Part shown: positions 37,026-48,210 of the stretch, in pieces
Layout of the letters: every line of letters begins with the position of its first letter
Numbering within the stretch: position 1 is the stretch's first letter
Assembly (NCBI GenBank): GCA_013239625.1
Contig: MU053881.1
Span: 8,825,957-8,889,956 of the forward strand
Direction of reading: 5' to 3'
From: Lama guanicoe
Lineage: Eukaryota
Length of the DNA stretch: 64,000 nucleotides
Notes under the pieces: model-generated
What the model saw: the letters and a program-made list of their open reading frames with translations, nothing else
The model's database searches: none
Told to the model about the DNA's origin: nothing
Made by a program: the position numbers and the translations under genes

Positions 37026-38299
37026 CCGCAGTGGGTGGAAGTAGCAGCTGGCGGGTATTCAGAAGTTGCTGGCGTGATGGGCCTCCTGGAGGTGGGGTGG
37101 CCACAATGAGCTGCAGGAGAGGATGGACCCCACCCCCTTTCTCCTCTCTTCATAAAATATGCCCAGGGAGGGTATGCACGTTGCAAGTTGCTATCTCACT
37201 TTAAGTCTTCTATTGTTTTAATTTCTCCATGACAAACTACCAATAGATTCATGCTGAAAATATTCAAATCTTGAAGTGGGTCTTAATTCAAAGTTGGCAG
37301 CCAGGGTATTGAGAAGTGGGAACATGTTGTTTTCTCCCCCAATCTCCCCCCCCCCCCCGCCACCCCCTATCTCAACTGCGGTGCCAATATCCTGTCGAGA
37401 AAAGGATAAAAAGAGCGTCTGCATAAATAAATATGCTTTGTAACACCACTTAAACTTATTCTTCCTGCTTGATATGAAAATACGACGGGTGATAGTATGT
37501 GAAACATGCTGTTGCTACTGCTTTATCAAAGTTTATAAACCCACTGATCTTTGGCACGAGGTGAACACGCTGAGTCCCATGTAAAGAGGATGGATTCAGT
37601 CATCAGAACACAGTTGAGGGTCCAGGTTGTGCAGGAGGACTCAGTTAACGCACTCCGCCAGCCAGCCAGGCAGCCAGCCAGCCAGCGCGAGCTCTGGTGT
37701 GCGCCCCCACAGTCCTCACCATCACTACGGGGCTACTCCATCTTGCCAAGGTTGGTTGTCACAGGGCTTTGCTGGAACACAAGGATGCTAAGGAATGAAC
37801 ACCTCCAAGCCTTCTAAGAGACACCCCCTCATCCATCACTTCATGCCTGCCCGAACCTTCCTTGCTGTGTGACCAGTCCTGTTTCACCTGGGAATGCCCT
37901 CTCCTTTCCCTGCCTTTGCCCAAGGTGTACCAGCGGCTGGCACAGGGAAGAAAGAAGAACATAAGATGTATGCTGAGTAAATCACCTCCATTCTCCATCT
38001 GCTCTTGAGATAAGGAAAAGGTACCCTGGACTTCTACTTTCAAAATCATAGTGGTCTAAAATTACCTTACACTCTGGTCCTTCCTTTGCTTCACATCTTA
38101 ACACCTAATTTAATTCTTATCTATTCCTTGGATCCCTCAGAAGTTATTCTGCAATAATTTTTTGGTGTGCCTGTGAGATGCCAAAATCTTAAAACACAAA
38201 GAGAAGAGACTTGTGCCCGCCCTTAGGGAGCTCACTGTTTGCAAAAGGAATGTGTAAAGTCACATGAATCCACTCACTACCTCTTCCTGCTCCCTTTGT

Positions 38300-38420
38300 A
38301 TAATTCATTCAGCCCACAAGTGTCTCCTGAGCATCTCCTCTGCGCTAGAACTGTGTGAGATGCCGAGGATCCAACCATGAACTAGAGGCGTGGTCACTGG
38401 CACTAGAGAACTTCACTTCA
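38300..38420 (-). mobile_element. L2 3' end
   Basis: attcattcagcc...ctgagcatctcctctgcgctagaactgtgtgagatgc...tggtcactggcactagagaacttcac. Confidence 0.55.
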
Positions 38421-41400
38421 GAGAAATTTAAAATGAAGCATTCATGGGTTGTAAGCTACCACCCCTGCTTGGACATCTGTAGTCTGCTGGTGGTCATGGA
38501 GGGCGAGGACACCGCCTGGTACAAAGAAAACATTCACAAATGTACGCTGCATGGATGACTGCTGGAGGTGACGTCCACTGCTCCCTGCATCCCATCACGG
38601 GTACTCCTGCTGGTGCTCCTGGAGCTAACCATGGCTACCTGAGTTGCAGATCTGATGCCTAACACGGAACAGGTGCTCAATGGTTACTTGTCGCTCTCAC
38701 CTGGGTTTCTCACCTCACTGCCCATGGTACGGCAGGCCTCCCCATCCCCTGTGAAACAGCTCCATCCTACAGTAACAATTACAGACGCAGGCAGTTCCAG
38801 TCATCTTAAGCAACAAGATATGATTGTCTCTTATCCCAAAAGGAAATATAAAATCATCCTTAATTCTAGAGATTGCTGCAGTTGGAAAAATAAATTCAAA
38901 TCTTCTGATAAGAAGTTTATATTTTGAGCTCTTAATAACAGGTTTTTGATGCATAAACATGCTTTTTTCCCTAGGGCTTGTTTAACCAAAAAATATGTAT
39001 TCATAAATTGCATAGTCCTCAATTTCGCAGAGATCCAAAGAGAATGTAAGAGTAATGATAGGTTCTTGTTCTTATGTGCTGCCATGGATTTACTTATTTT
39101 AATGTAACTTAGGATAAATTATTCCTCTAGAAATATAACTCTTTCAAGATGCAGAATATTTCATTCTGTGGAAGGACATGATTTAGTATCAGTATTCAAG
39201 ACAAAGGATGCTAAGCATTCAGAATTATCTGCCCAGAGAAGAGTGATTTAATAATAGTGAAATTGTACTATAAAGGTTTCTCACCCCTCCTTGTTTTTGG
39301 AGGAAATGAATGTGAGCTATGTTAGTGGATTTCAATGATGGCTCTTTTTGTGCAAGGACAGTTTGGATCTCAGTGCCACCACAAAGAAATGCAAAGATGT
39401 TAGAAGTTTTTCTCCCAAACGGAACCTACTTTGCATGGCTTTGTTCTTTCTACTTGTAATGGAGGGAAAGAGAATATTAAGTACACATTTTGAAGAGGCA
39501 ATTATATTAGGTTTTGGCATCCTGGCTCCCCCAGGGAATCACATCTATGAGATTGCTGTTTTGTGTGATTATTGCCCTGAATGGCAAGTGCATTTCATCA
39601 CGCATGCCAATCTGATTGATTAGTGGTGGCTGCTTAGAGGACTGTTGAGAAGTATTGGCAGACTGCAGCAGTTCCCAGCAGGAAAGAGCACTGTGATCGA
39701 TTAGTGATGTCTGCCCTGGGTGCAAGAAAGAGAAGCAGAAGCATGTGCACTTAAGTTTCTGCCAAAATGGATATAATTTCAAAACCAGAAGAGAAAATTT
39801 TCATTGCACTGGTATTGCAGAATGATAAATTATACACATCCGAATGGGCCAGACAGTTATAGAAGCAAAACTGAGTCCTGTGAGGGTCCTAGAAGGTAAG
39901 TCCCGGGTCAATAATTATATAATAATGAACCCAATCTGCCCTTCAAAAAAAAAACAACCCATATATATTGACCCAAAGTCTTACATTTTGTACAGATGTA
40001 GTCTGTGCTAGAAAAAAAGCCTTACTTACAATTGCAAAGCCAGGTGCAAACTTCAGAAAGCTTAATTTTTCTTAACCGCATGACTTTAACAGTCTGTCCT
40101 TTTTCTACTCATAATGTAAATGCCATGCTAAATGTATTTATTTTTCTCATAAAATAAAAACTATTTGTTCAAAATTTTATTTCTAGTTCGCATGATAAAT
40201 CTAGCCTGATAATACAACACCGTAATGTTTGTGTTCAAACTCCAACTATTTGTTTTTTAACTGAAAAATTAATTTTCTGATCTTTGCAAATGCAGGTTTG
40301 ATGACTTGATTGTTAAATGCAGGTTCACCCTTAAGGCTCTAAGAGAACTTTTCACCTAAAGAGTACTGACAAATAAGAGTTAATGGCCATGCAATCATAA
40401 ATGAAGGGCAATAACTGAGTACTGACAAAATAGATCACTTTAAGAGTCATTTTCCAGTAACACAGCAACAATACTTTTGATAATCCTTCATTCCCTAAAG
40501 AAGGGAGATTAAACACAAGTGATTACATTATGCAGCAGGACAAAGGGAATGCAGTTAATATTTTTCAAGCAAGGCAGTGATCAGGCATCCAGTCCATTAA
40601 CCCTTTCAAAAGTCCAACTGTAAACTCTGACACGAGAAAAAGAGAACTGTGCGGCATCCAAGATTTTATAAATGATGCTATGAATTTCGAATTTGTTTTC
40701 TCTTTTCCCTCTAGACAAGGAAACTCTCTCCCTTGGAAGAGAATAAAACTGGTTCAAGTTTTGCTTAAAAAAAGAGAGAGAGAAACGAAAGCGAAAATAT
40801 AAAACTCAGCAGAAATGTCACACTGAGGAATCATAATAAGCGTTAAACATTATTTAAGTCATGCATAACCACTAAAATATATGACCCCTTTCCATAAATT
40901 GAAAGGCACTGTATTCAGCAGATTATGGGGCTCAAATGCTGAACTAAGGGATGCGCCTAAGATACCCAGCCTTGTAGACCTAAAGATTAACTTTCATCCG
41001 TGGTACCTTTCTCTCCAAGCAAGCAACACACTCTGTCTGGAGAACTAAGGCTGGCCTTTCTTTTCTCTTTCGCCAGGGGATATTTGTTAAGAATCTACAT
41101 GCCCAGGACTGTGCTGCGGAGGAAGGGAAGGAGGGAAGGGGACTGGGAGATGGAGAGGGAGGGAGGAAGGGAGGGAAGGAGAAGAGACGAGAGAAGCCTG
41201 ACTACAAACTTTCTCCTCCGGGGATTTCCAGCCTGCGGAGCTCTGCCAGTCAGCCCCACACAACACGTTTAGGCTCGTCTGTGGCTAACAGCACGTGTGG
41301 TTCTAACAACAGACAGCCTAGAACAGAGTGATTCCGAGAACCAAGAACTGGCTGGAAATACTAAACATGCATCAGAAGAAATGCTCTGGCCAAAAACTAA

Positions 41401-42967
41401 GTTTAAACTTAGAGGCGGAGAATTGCAGCTCTAGAAGAATCGGGTTGAATGTCCTCATTTCACAAACGGCTAAACAGAGGCACGTGGACAATGGTGTCTT
41501 TAGGCAGCAGAGGATTCCGTGTTTTCCTCAGAACTTCAATGTCATCAGGTCTATCAGATTTATTTAAGTGAGGGCGGCATCATATTTAAAAACTGGTTGC
41601 ATGCCTACTAATACAAAATTAGTGATGCTTTTATCTCTGTGGTGGGGCTGCAGGAGAGGAGGAGGAGTAACACCTCTTCTTGAATTCTTAGGTTCATACG
41701 TGTTACAATAATTCATGAAAGTACATATTGTCATTTTAAGGATGATTTAGACTAAAAAAGGGTGCAGAACCATCTTGACTGGAAAAAAAACCCTGCCTAC
41801 TTTTATTTATACCCCTTTTTCTTACAGGGTTGGTGGTGTTGGTGAAAACGTCTCAAGCAACAATGTTCAACTTTTGGTGTGCTATTTTACAAACTTAGAA
41901 TGTTTCTTAAAACGGAGATACGTGGATACGGAGCATAATAACCCAGATCTATGCTCTCTGAAGCTGATACACGGAGTTCATCTCTGGTTTCACCTGCAGC
42001 GCCATCTAGGGTAGAGGACCTGTTTAATGAGATTCTATCGCAGCTCTCAAAAATATCTGCTCCCAATCTCTCTCCCTCCTTTCTCCCTTTCTTAATCAAA
42101 GGAATGTAATGCAGCCAATCAGCAGAAAGCCTATGAAGAAAAATAAGAAGCCACAGGGGGCACCATTCACTTTGGACACCCCCAAGGCGCAACTTTACAG
42201 AGAAAACAATGTGAATGGCTCCCCCTGGAGTTGTGCGCCCCGCCGTGCTGAGTACCCTCCCCTCTGAATCTGATGGTCTGTTTAGAGGCAAGATCTTGCC
42301 TCAGCCTCATTACAGGACAGACTGAGGATGGGGAGGGTAGGAGTACAGATGATTGCTCCAAAATGCTGACCTTGAGTAGTTTTGTCAAAGGAGAAATTGA
42401 AGGGTTTGATCGTGGCCACTGAGTTCGGGGTTGGTGGGTAGCGATGCCTTTCTCAGAAAATCAGGGGCTACACTTGGGCAAACAGGTGCACAGGCTGATC
42501 GGCAGCTCCCAGCCGCGTCTGCTAGTCACCGGAGAGCCGGCCTTCGCCTCGGGAGTTCTTTGAAATGTTCTCTGATTTGATGTTTAGCACCACCTACAAG
42601 AGGCTCTTAATTGCATTCCTAGAGCACCGGCTTTCGACGGAAATTACTTAAAACACAGCTTAAGTGTTAAATCTGCACTGTGTAATGTGCAATCGAGGGG
42701 TTTTACTTTATTTTATTTTATTTATTTATTTTTAAATAACCTCACTCCCGGCTGCCTCCTTGTAAGAAGCTCTGACAGGTTCAGTGGGAAATCTTGGGGT
42801 TGGCGCACGTTCGAAGTTCTCTCCTGCAGGGCTGGCAGGTGTGAGCTGTGTCAAATAAATTTATTACAGTCTGTGCTAATAATGAAAATTATAGAAAAGC
42901 TAGATGAAAGTGGTCTACAGCCAGCTAATTTGAAGCTACCTTCCTAGACAGTAACAAGCTCCTAACA

Positions 42968-43284
42968 NNNNNNNNNNNNNNNNNNNNNNNNNNNNNNNNN
43001 NNNNNNNNNNNNNNNNNNNNNNNNNNNNNNNNNNNNNNNNNNNNNNNNNNNNNNNNNNNNNNNNNNNNNNNNNNNNNNNNNNNNNNNNNNNNNNNNNNNN
43101 NNNNNNNNNNNNNNNNNNNNNNNNNNNNNNNNNNNNNNNNNNNNNNNNNNNNNNNNNNNNNNNNNNNNNNNNNNNNNNNNNNNNNNNNNNNNNNNNNNNN
43201 NNNNNNNNNNNNNNNNNNNNNNNNNNNNNNNNNNNNNNNNNNNNNNNNNNNNNNNNNNNNNNNNNNNNNNNNNNNNNNNNNNNN
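42968..43284. other. Assembly gap
   Basis: N run. Confidence 1.
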
Positions 43285-43919
43285 TGTTTGTAAAGACTCC
43301 TTCGTTTTCTCATCCACACACTGCTAGTTTCTTCTATGAGTGCCTTGAGTGCTAAATTTTTTTTTTTTAAAAAAAAAGGTCTCATAGGGATTTCTTGAAT
43401 TTTCTTCCTCCACCCTCAACTCTCTCCTGTGGAGTTTTAAGCCAGATGCTCTCATTGAAAAATCTCAGGCTTGGCCCGAGCACAGACAGCACGCGGCCGC
43501 CAGGAGCTGGTGTGAATTCAGCCTCTCATGATCGTCGCCCATGACTGGCTCATTTTTACTCATTCAACAGGTCTAACCTTGCATCCCAACGAAGATTCAC
43601 TCGTGGTAAGTTGCTGTATCCGATACCTTCCAAACAGCCCCTATTCCCCACTGTTCATCACAAAACAATGATGAGGGAAGTTTCATTTTTATCTAGGTGT
43701 TTTTTACCTATGTATTTCTAACTACTGGAAAATGAAATGGAGACCAACAGAGGGTTTCCAGGTGACAGTTAAGTTTGGGTTTGGGGACTTACTTTTTTCC
43801 TTTACCTTGAATACCCTCCTATATGGTCACCCTAATAATAATGATCGTGACCATGAGATCATTTGGGATCTCAATGTCCCTGATCATACGTGGTATGAAA
43901 TACGGTCCCATTTCATCCG

Positions 43920-44030
43920 ACAACCAGGCCCTGAGAAACACAGGCCAGGCATGAATATCCAGTTTTACAGATAAAGAAACTGAAGCTCAAAGAGCTGCCC
44001 GAAACCTTACGCCTAGTCTGTGGTCGTCAA
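43920..44030 (-). mobile_element. MIR fragment
   Basis: tatccagttttacagataaagaaactgaagctcaaagag. Confidence 0.6.
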
Positions 44031-44074
44031 ATCAAAAGCAGCTCCCCTGACCCTTACCCGCCACCCCTACGGTC

Positions 44075-44173
44075 AGGGTGAGCATCTGCGGACTGGGGGG
44101 TCCTCTGGGATGCAGCACATTCAGCCTTCACATCAGGACAGTCCCCTGCAAGCTGGGACAGTTAATCACACTA
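44075..44173. mobile_element. MER81-like hAT-Blackjack MITE
   Basis: agggtgagca...ggactggggg...gggatgcagcacattcag...caggacagtcccctgcaagctgggacagttaatcacacta; ends resemble agggtgacc/ggtcacccta TIRs. Confidence 0.6.
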
Positions 44174-45147
44174 CCTAGAGTCAACGTTAACTTGTCTACA
44201 AACTAAGAAACACGCAAGTAAGATGCCTTCTATGCTGGGCTCCCTTTAAGTTCCAAGTTTGCAGAGTAGCAGGCAGAGACACGAGTGGGAAATAGAGGAA
44301 AACAAGTAGAAGTGACTCTCTAGTTAGGTTGCACCTCCTGGGTCACCTGTCTGTTCTCCCCAGGAGCCCACCATCCCTGCGTGCAGGAGGCGCTGGCCAC
44401 CGCTCCCCGCCTGGGCTCCGGCATCTCGCTCTGACTCCGGCCTGTGGTGGGTATTCAGTACGTAGTCGCGAAATAGTATTACGGATACTAATAACCCGTG
44501 TTTATAGAGCCCTGATTAAATCACTCTGCTAAGTAACTGAAACGCACTTTCTCAATTAATACACATAGCGATTTGCTGAGGAAAGCATTGTGCTGCTTGT
44601 CTCCCTTCTGTACAGCGAGGACACAAGATGGAGAGAATCCAGGCGGTGTGGTCACTGTTGCCCAGGAAGGGTGTCAGGATGGCAGGTGGGGACACAGTTC
44701 TGATGGTTCCACAGCCCCCGCTCTGAACTATACGGTGACACTTTGGAATGAAGGACCGCTGTGGCTTATTCAACCCCTTGGTGGTACTGACTCTTTGAGA
44801 GTCTGAGATAAAGCCTCTGTTTTAGGGGAAACACATGTTCTATTGTCCTGCCTGGGGGACACAGACGGGCATCTTTCCCTCTGCTTGCGTCCAGGTATAT
44901 ATAAGGATGCTTGGAATTTTTCTGTAATCTAGTCGCAATTGAATTCCCCTCTCAAATGAGCTACCGCAACTGCCTCCTAACTAGACCTCCCGTTTCTATT
45001 CTTGCTACTCTCCGATCCTTCTCCATTCAGTCAGTGACCCTGAAAGATTTCATTAAAGCATGCCACACCCTGCTTCCAGTCTACCGAAAGTTCCCCTTGC
45101 AGTCAAGACAAACCCTGAACTTCTTACCTGACTCGCCTGTATCAGCT

Positions 45148-45290
45148 CTTCTCAGACTGTGATGAGCAGGGGCATGAACCACCTGAAGGTCTAGTCGCGG
45201 GAAACACCTGCTCTGATTCAGGAGGTCTGGGGTGGGGCCTGGATTCTGTATTTTCAATAAGCTCTCAGGCCTGCGGGTGCCACTGGGCTG
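45148..45290. mobile_element. MER5-family relic
   Basis: ctctgattcaggaggtctggggtggggcctggattctgtattttcaataagctctcagg. Confidence 0.75.
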
Positions 45291-45556
45291 ACCTCTGCCT
45301 CCCTTACCCACCTCCTTTCTGGCTTCCCTGCCCCGGGCTGGTGACATTCTTCTAGCTGCACACATTTTCTCCTAGCTCCTCAATATAACTAGAACTTTCC
45401 TGCCTTGGAACCTTTTCAGTCCTGTTCCCTTTGCCTGAAAAAAGCCCTCCCACTGCCCCAGCCCCAGCCCCGCAAGTCTGGTTACGTGGTGACCTCAATT
45501 TTACTTTCCAGGTTTTGACGAAGTCACCTCTGAAATAGCCTTCCTCCCTCAGTAAT

Positions 45557-45812
45557 GTTTTTTTTTTAATTGAAGTATAGTTGATTTACAATGTTGTATT
45601 AATTTCTGGTGTACAGCATAGTGATTCAGATATATACACACACACACACACACATATTCTTTTTCATTATAGGTTATTACAAGCTATTGACTATAGTTCC
45701 CTGGGGTGGACAGTAGGACCTTGTCGTTTACCCATTTTGTATATAGTACTTTGTATCTGCTAATCCCAAACTCCCAATTTATCCACCCCCGCCCCGTTTC
45801 TTCTTTGGTAAC
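45557..45812 (-). mobile_element. L1 3' end, cetartiodactyl type
   Basis: ttttttaattgaagtatagttgatttacaatgttgt...tttcattataggttattacaag...tctgctaatcccaaactccc...tttggtaac. Confidence 0.92.
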
Positions 45813-47029
45813 TATATATATACATATATATATAATATATTTAATCTCAACATCTGTTATACTTCCGGCATAGCACTCCCCTTGGTAATCATTATATTTT
45901 TATGATTCCATGGTTTTACGTTCCCCTTTAGAACAGAAGCCTCGTGAAGTCAGGGGCCACATCTTTCGTGGGTCCTGCTCGGCCTGCCGTGCTTAGAAAA
46001 GTGCTAGCTTGCGGTAGGTGTGGAGGGACGACTACGGAATGAAAGCGCCATCCAGTCAAACGGCAGGTTTACTTTAACATCAGAACATTCACGGGAATTG
46101 CTTCGGTTTGAACTGCATTTCCCTTAGGCTGCCAAAGCGGCTTTTCCCAGGAGTACAGAATAATATGTAAAAATGCCAGATTTGTTTTCCTGTTTGGAAC
46201 AAACACAGCCAACCTAAGTGCCTCGCTCCTTTCATATAAACTGGGGGAGTACAAAAGCAAACTGTCACACACGATCACTTTCCAGGCGGAGCTGAAGCGT
46301 CGCAATATGAAAACAGGTTCCCCTTCGTAAGATACAGAGCGCTCCAAAACATTTAAGTGACACCGGGCCTCATTCTCCATGAGCCGGCTGCCATAACACT
46401 TTATTTATACAACTCATTCCATGTCTCCGAGGAGCTTTACAACCACCTTATCAGTTTTCCTCTTGAGGAGGTAACTCCGTAGAAGGGATTAATCCTCTTA
46501 CGCTGGGGCAGCCCCGGAAAGTGAATTATATTATCTGTGTCACAGAGGCAGAAGCCGGGGGGCCAAGGAGGCTGGGATGGCCTTGAATGTGGTATCTGGA
46601 GAAGGGCAAGGTAATTGGAATGACAAGGCAACCAAGTACACCACCACCACCAGAAGCAGCTGTGGAGACGCCAGCCCTGGTCCACTTTCTACACTTCGCT
46701 TTGAGCACTCAGATTTATGGAAGGTGACACGAGTTCATTTCTGATACACAGCCTCTTGGGACCGAAGTTCCACACCTGTGCCCCTCCACTGCCCCTTCAC
46801 ATGCAGCAACACCCAGAATTTGTTCCTAAAAATCTGTTGCTTGTAGGCAGAGCAACTCCTCGCTCTAACTCAAGATGTCCTGGAGAAATAAATGGAAGGG
46901 GATTTGCTTTTCAAAACGAATCTGCGTAACAGATAAAACCAGCCTCGCTCGTCTGCTGTTGCTGGTTCCTACGCTGCTACAGCATTTCATTGGCAGCATG
47001 TTTTACAGAGTTACACAAAGATCTACTGC

Positions 47030-47225
47030 CTGTGATCTTGTATTTCTGCTTCTATAATTTTATCCTATGGAAACTATCGTATATGCAATGTAATTTTTAT
47101 ACAAGGATGATCTTCGCAGTGATACTTTTTAAACAACAGAAAAACAGAAAGCAAAAGCGCCTGGCCAAAGGGAGTAGGTTTAAAGAAATCGCGATATGTC
47201 ATCATGTTGGGATAATATTAATATA
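47030..47225 (+). mobile_element. Old L1 (L1ME-like) fragment
   Basis: atttctgcttctataattttatcctatggaaa...tatacaaggatgatcttcgcagtgatacttttt. Confidence 0.5.
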
Positions 47226-47430
47226 AATGTTATTTCAGAGCACCAATCACGTACAATAAGATTAATAACTAGTATTTACGAGTGGTTATGAGCTTGCCAG
47301 TCATGGTGCTAAGCTCATTTATGTACCAATTTATTTCCTCTCCCAAGGATGCAACGAAATGAGTATTATTATTGCTCCCATTTTACAGATGAAGAAACTG
47401 AGACCTAAAGAGATTAAGAAACTACCTAAA

Positions 47431-47566
47431 GGGGAGGGTATAGCTCAGAGGCAGAGTGCATGCCTAGCATGCATGAGGTTCTCGGTTCAATCCCCAGCAC
47501 TGCCATCAAATAAATAAATAAATAAACCTTATTACCTCCTCCCCACCAAAAAAAGTTAAAAAAAAA
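47431..47566 (+). mobile_element. Camelid tRNA-derived SINE (vic-1-like)
   Basis: ggggagggtatagctcagaggcagagtgcatgcctagcatgcatgaggttctcggttcaatccccagcac, (taaa)n, attacctcc, A tail; TSD aaactacctaa. Confidence 0.92.
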
Positions 47567-47578
47567 AAACTACCTAAG

Positions 47579-47846
47579 AGTTTGAGATTTACAAATATTA
47601 GCCACTACATATAAAAATAGATTTAAAAAAACAAGTTTCTTCTGTATAGCCCAGGGAACTATGTTCAATATCTTATAATAACCTTTAATGAAAAATGAAT
47701 ATGAAAATAAATATATGTATGTATATGCATGACTGGGTCACTGTGCTGCACACCAAAAATTGACACATTGTAACTGTACTTCAATTAAAAAAAGATATAT
47801 ACAAAATGAAAGAGAAAAAGTGTACATATGTGAAAAAAATAAAAAC
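47579..47846 (+). mobile_element. L1 3' end, camelid type, 5'-truncated
   Basis: agtttgagatttacaaatattagccactac...cagggaactatgttcaatatc...aattgacacattgtaactgtacttcaatt+A-rich tail; TSD actacctaag. Confidence 0.92.
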
Positions 47847-48094
47847 ACTACCTAAGGTCACCCTGTTAGTAAGCTCTGGAGTACAGATTTCAGCTCAGGC
47901 AGTCTGACTCCAGAGCACAGATTCTAAAGCTCAGCGCCCCCGGGGGCTGGTTCACGGCACCGTACCAACGTTGCTGTGTGAGAGGGCTTGTGTTCAGCAG
48001 TATCTCCGACTGGGATTTAAACGCCACATGACTATGCAATTACATATAATTATGTGTATAATGTAGAATTACGTATAATAAATATAATGGATGT

Positions 48095-48210
48095 TCCTTT
48101 CCATCCTGCTTCAGCAGACACTTACTGAGTGTCTACTATGCGCTCAGGAATAGTTCCAGGTGCTTGTAATTCAGTTGTGAACAATTTAAAGTCCTAGCTC
48201 TCAGATCTTA
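48095..48210 (-). mobile_element. L2 3' end
   Basis: ttcagcagacacttactgagtgtctactatgcg...ccaggtgcttg...gtgaaca...aagtcctagctctca. Confidence 0.6.

Larger units (their letters stand above)
44960..46045 (+). mobile_element. L2 3' region, interrupted by MER5 and L1
   Basis: ctaccgcaactgcctcctaactagacctccc...cctgttccctttgcctgaaa...gtcacctctg...ccttcc // tagaacagaagcctcgtgaagtcagggg...cttagaaaagtgctagc...gtaggtg. Confidence 0.65.
47265..47920 (-). mobile_element. MIR split by two younger insertions
   Basis: cccattttacagatgaagaaactgagacctaaagagattaag // aaggtcaccctgttagtaag...ctcaggcagtctgactccagagc. Confidence 0.85.

Noticed and set aside
47431-47503. tRNA gene (also 11790-11862, minus strand)
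   Set aside because: A/B boxes are present, but the SINE tail and TSDs show these are tRNA-derived SINE heads
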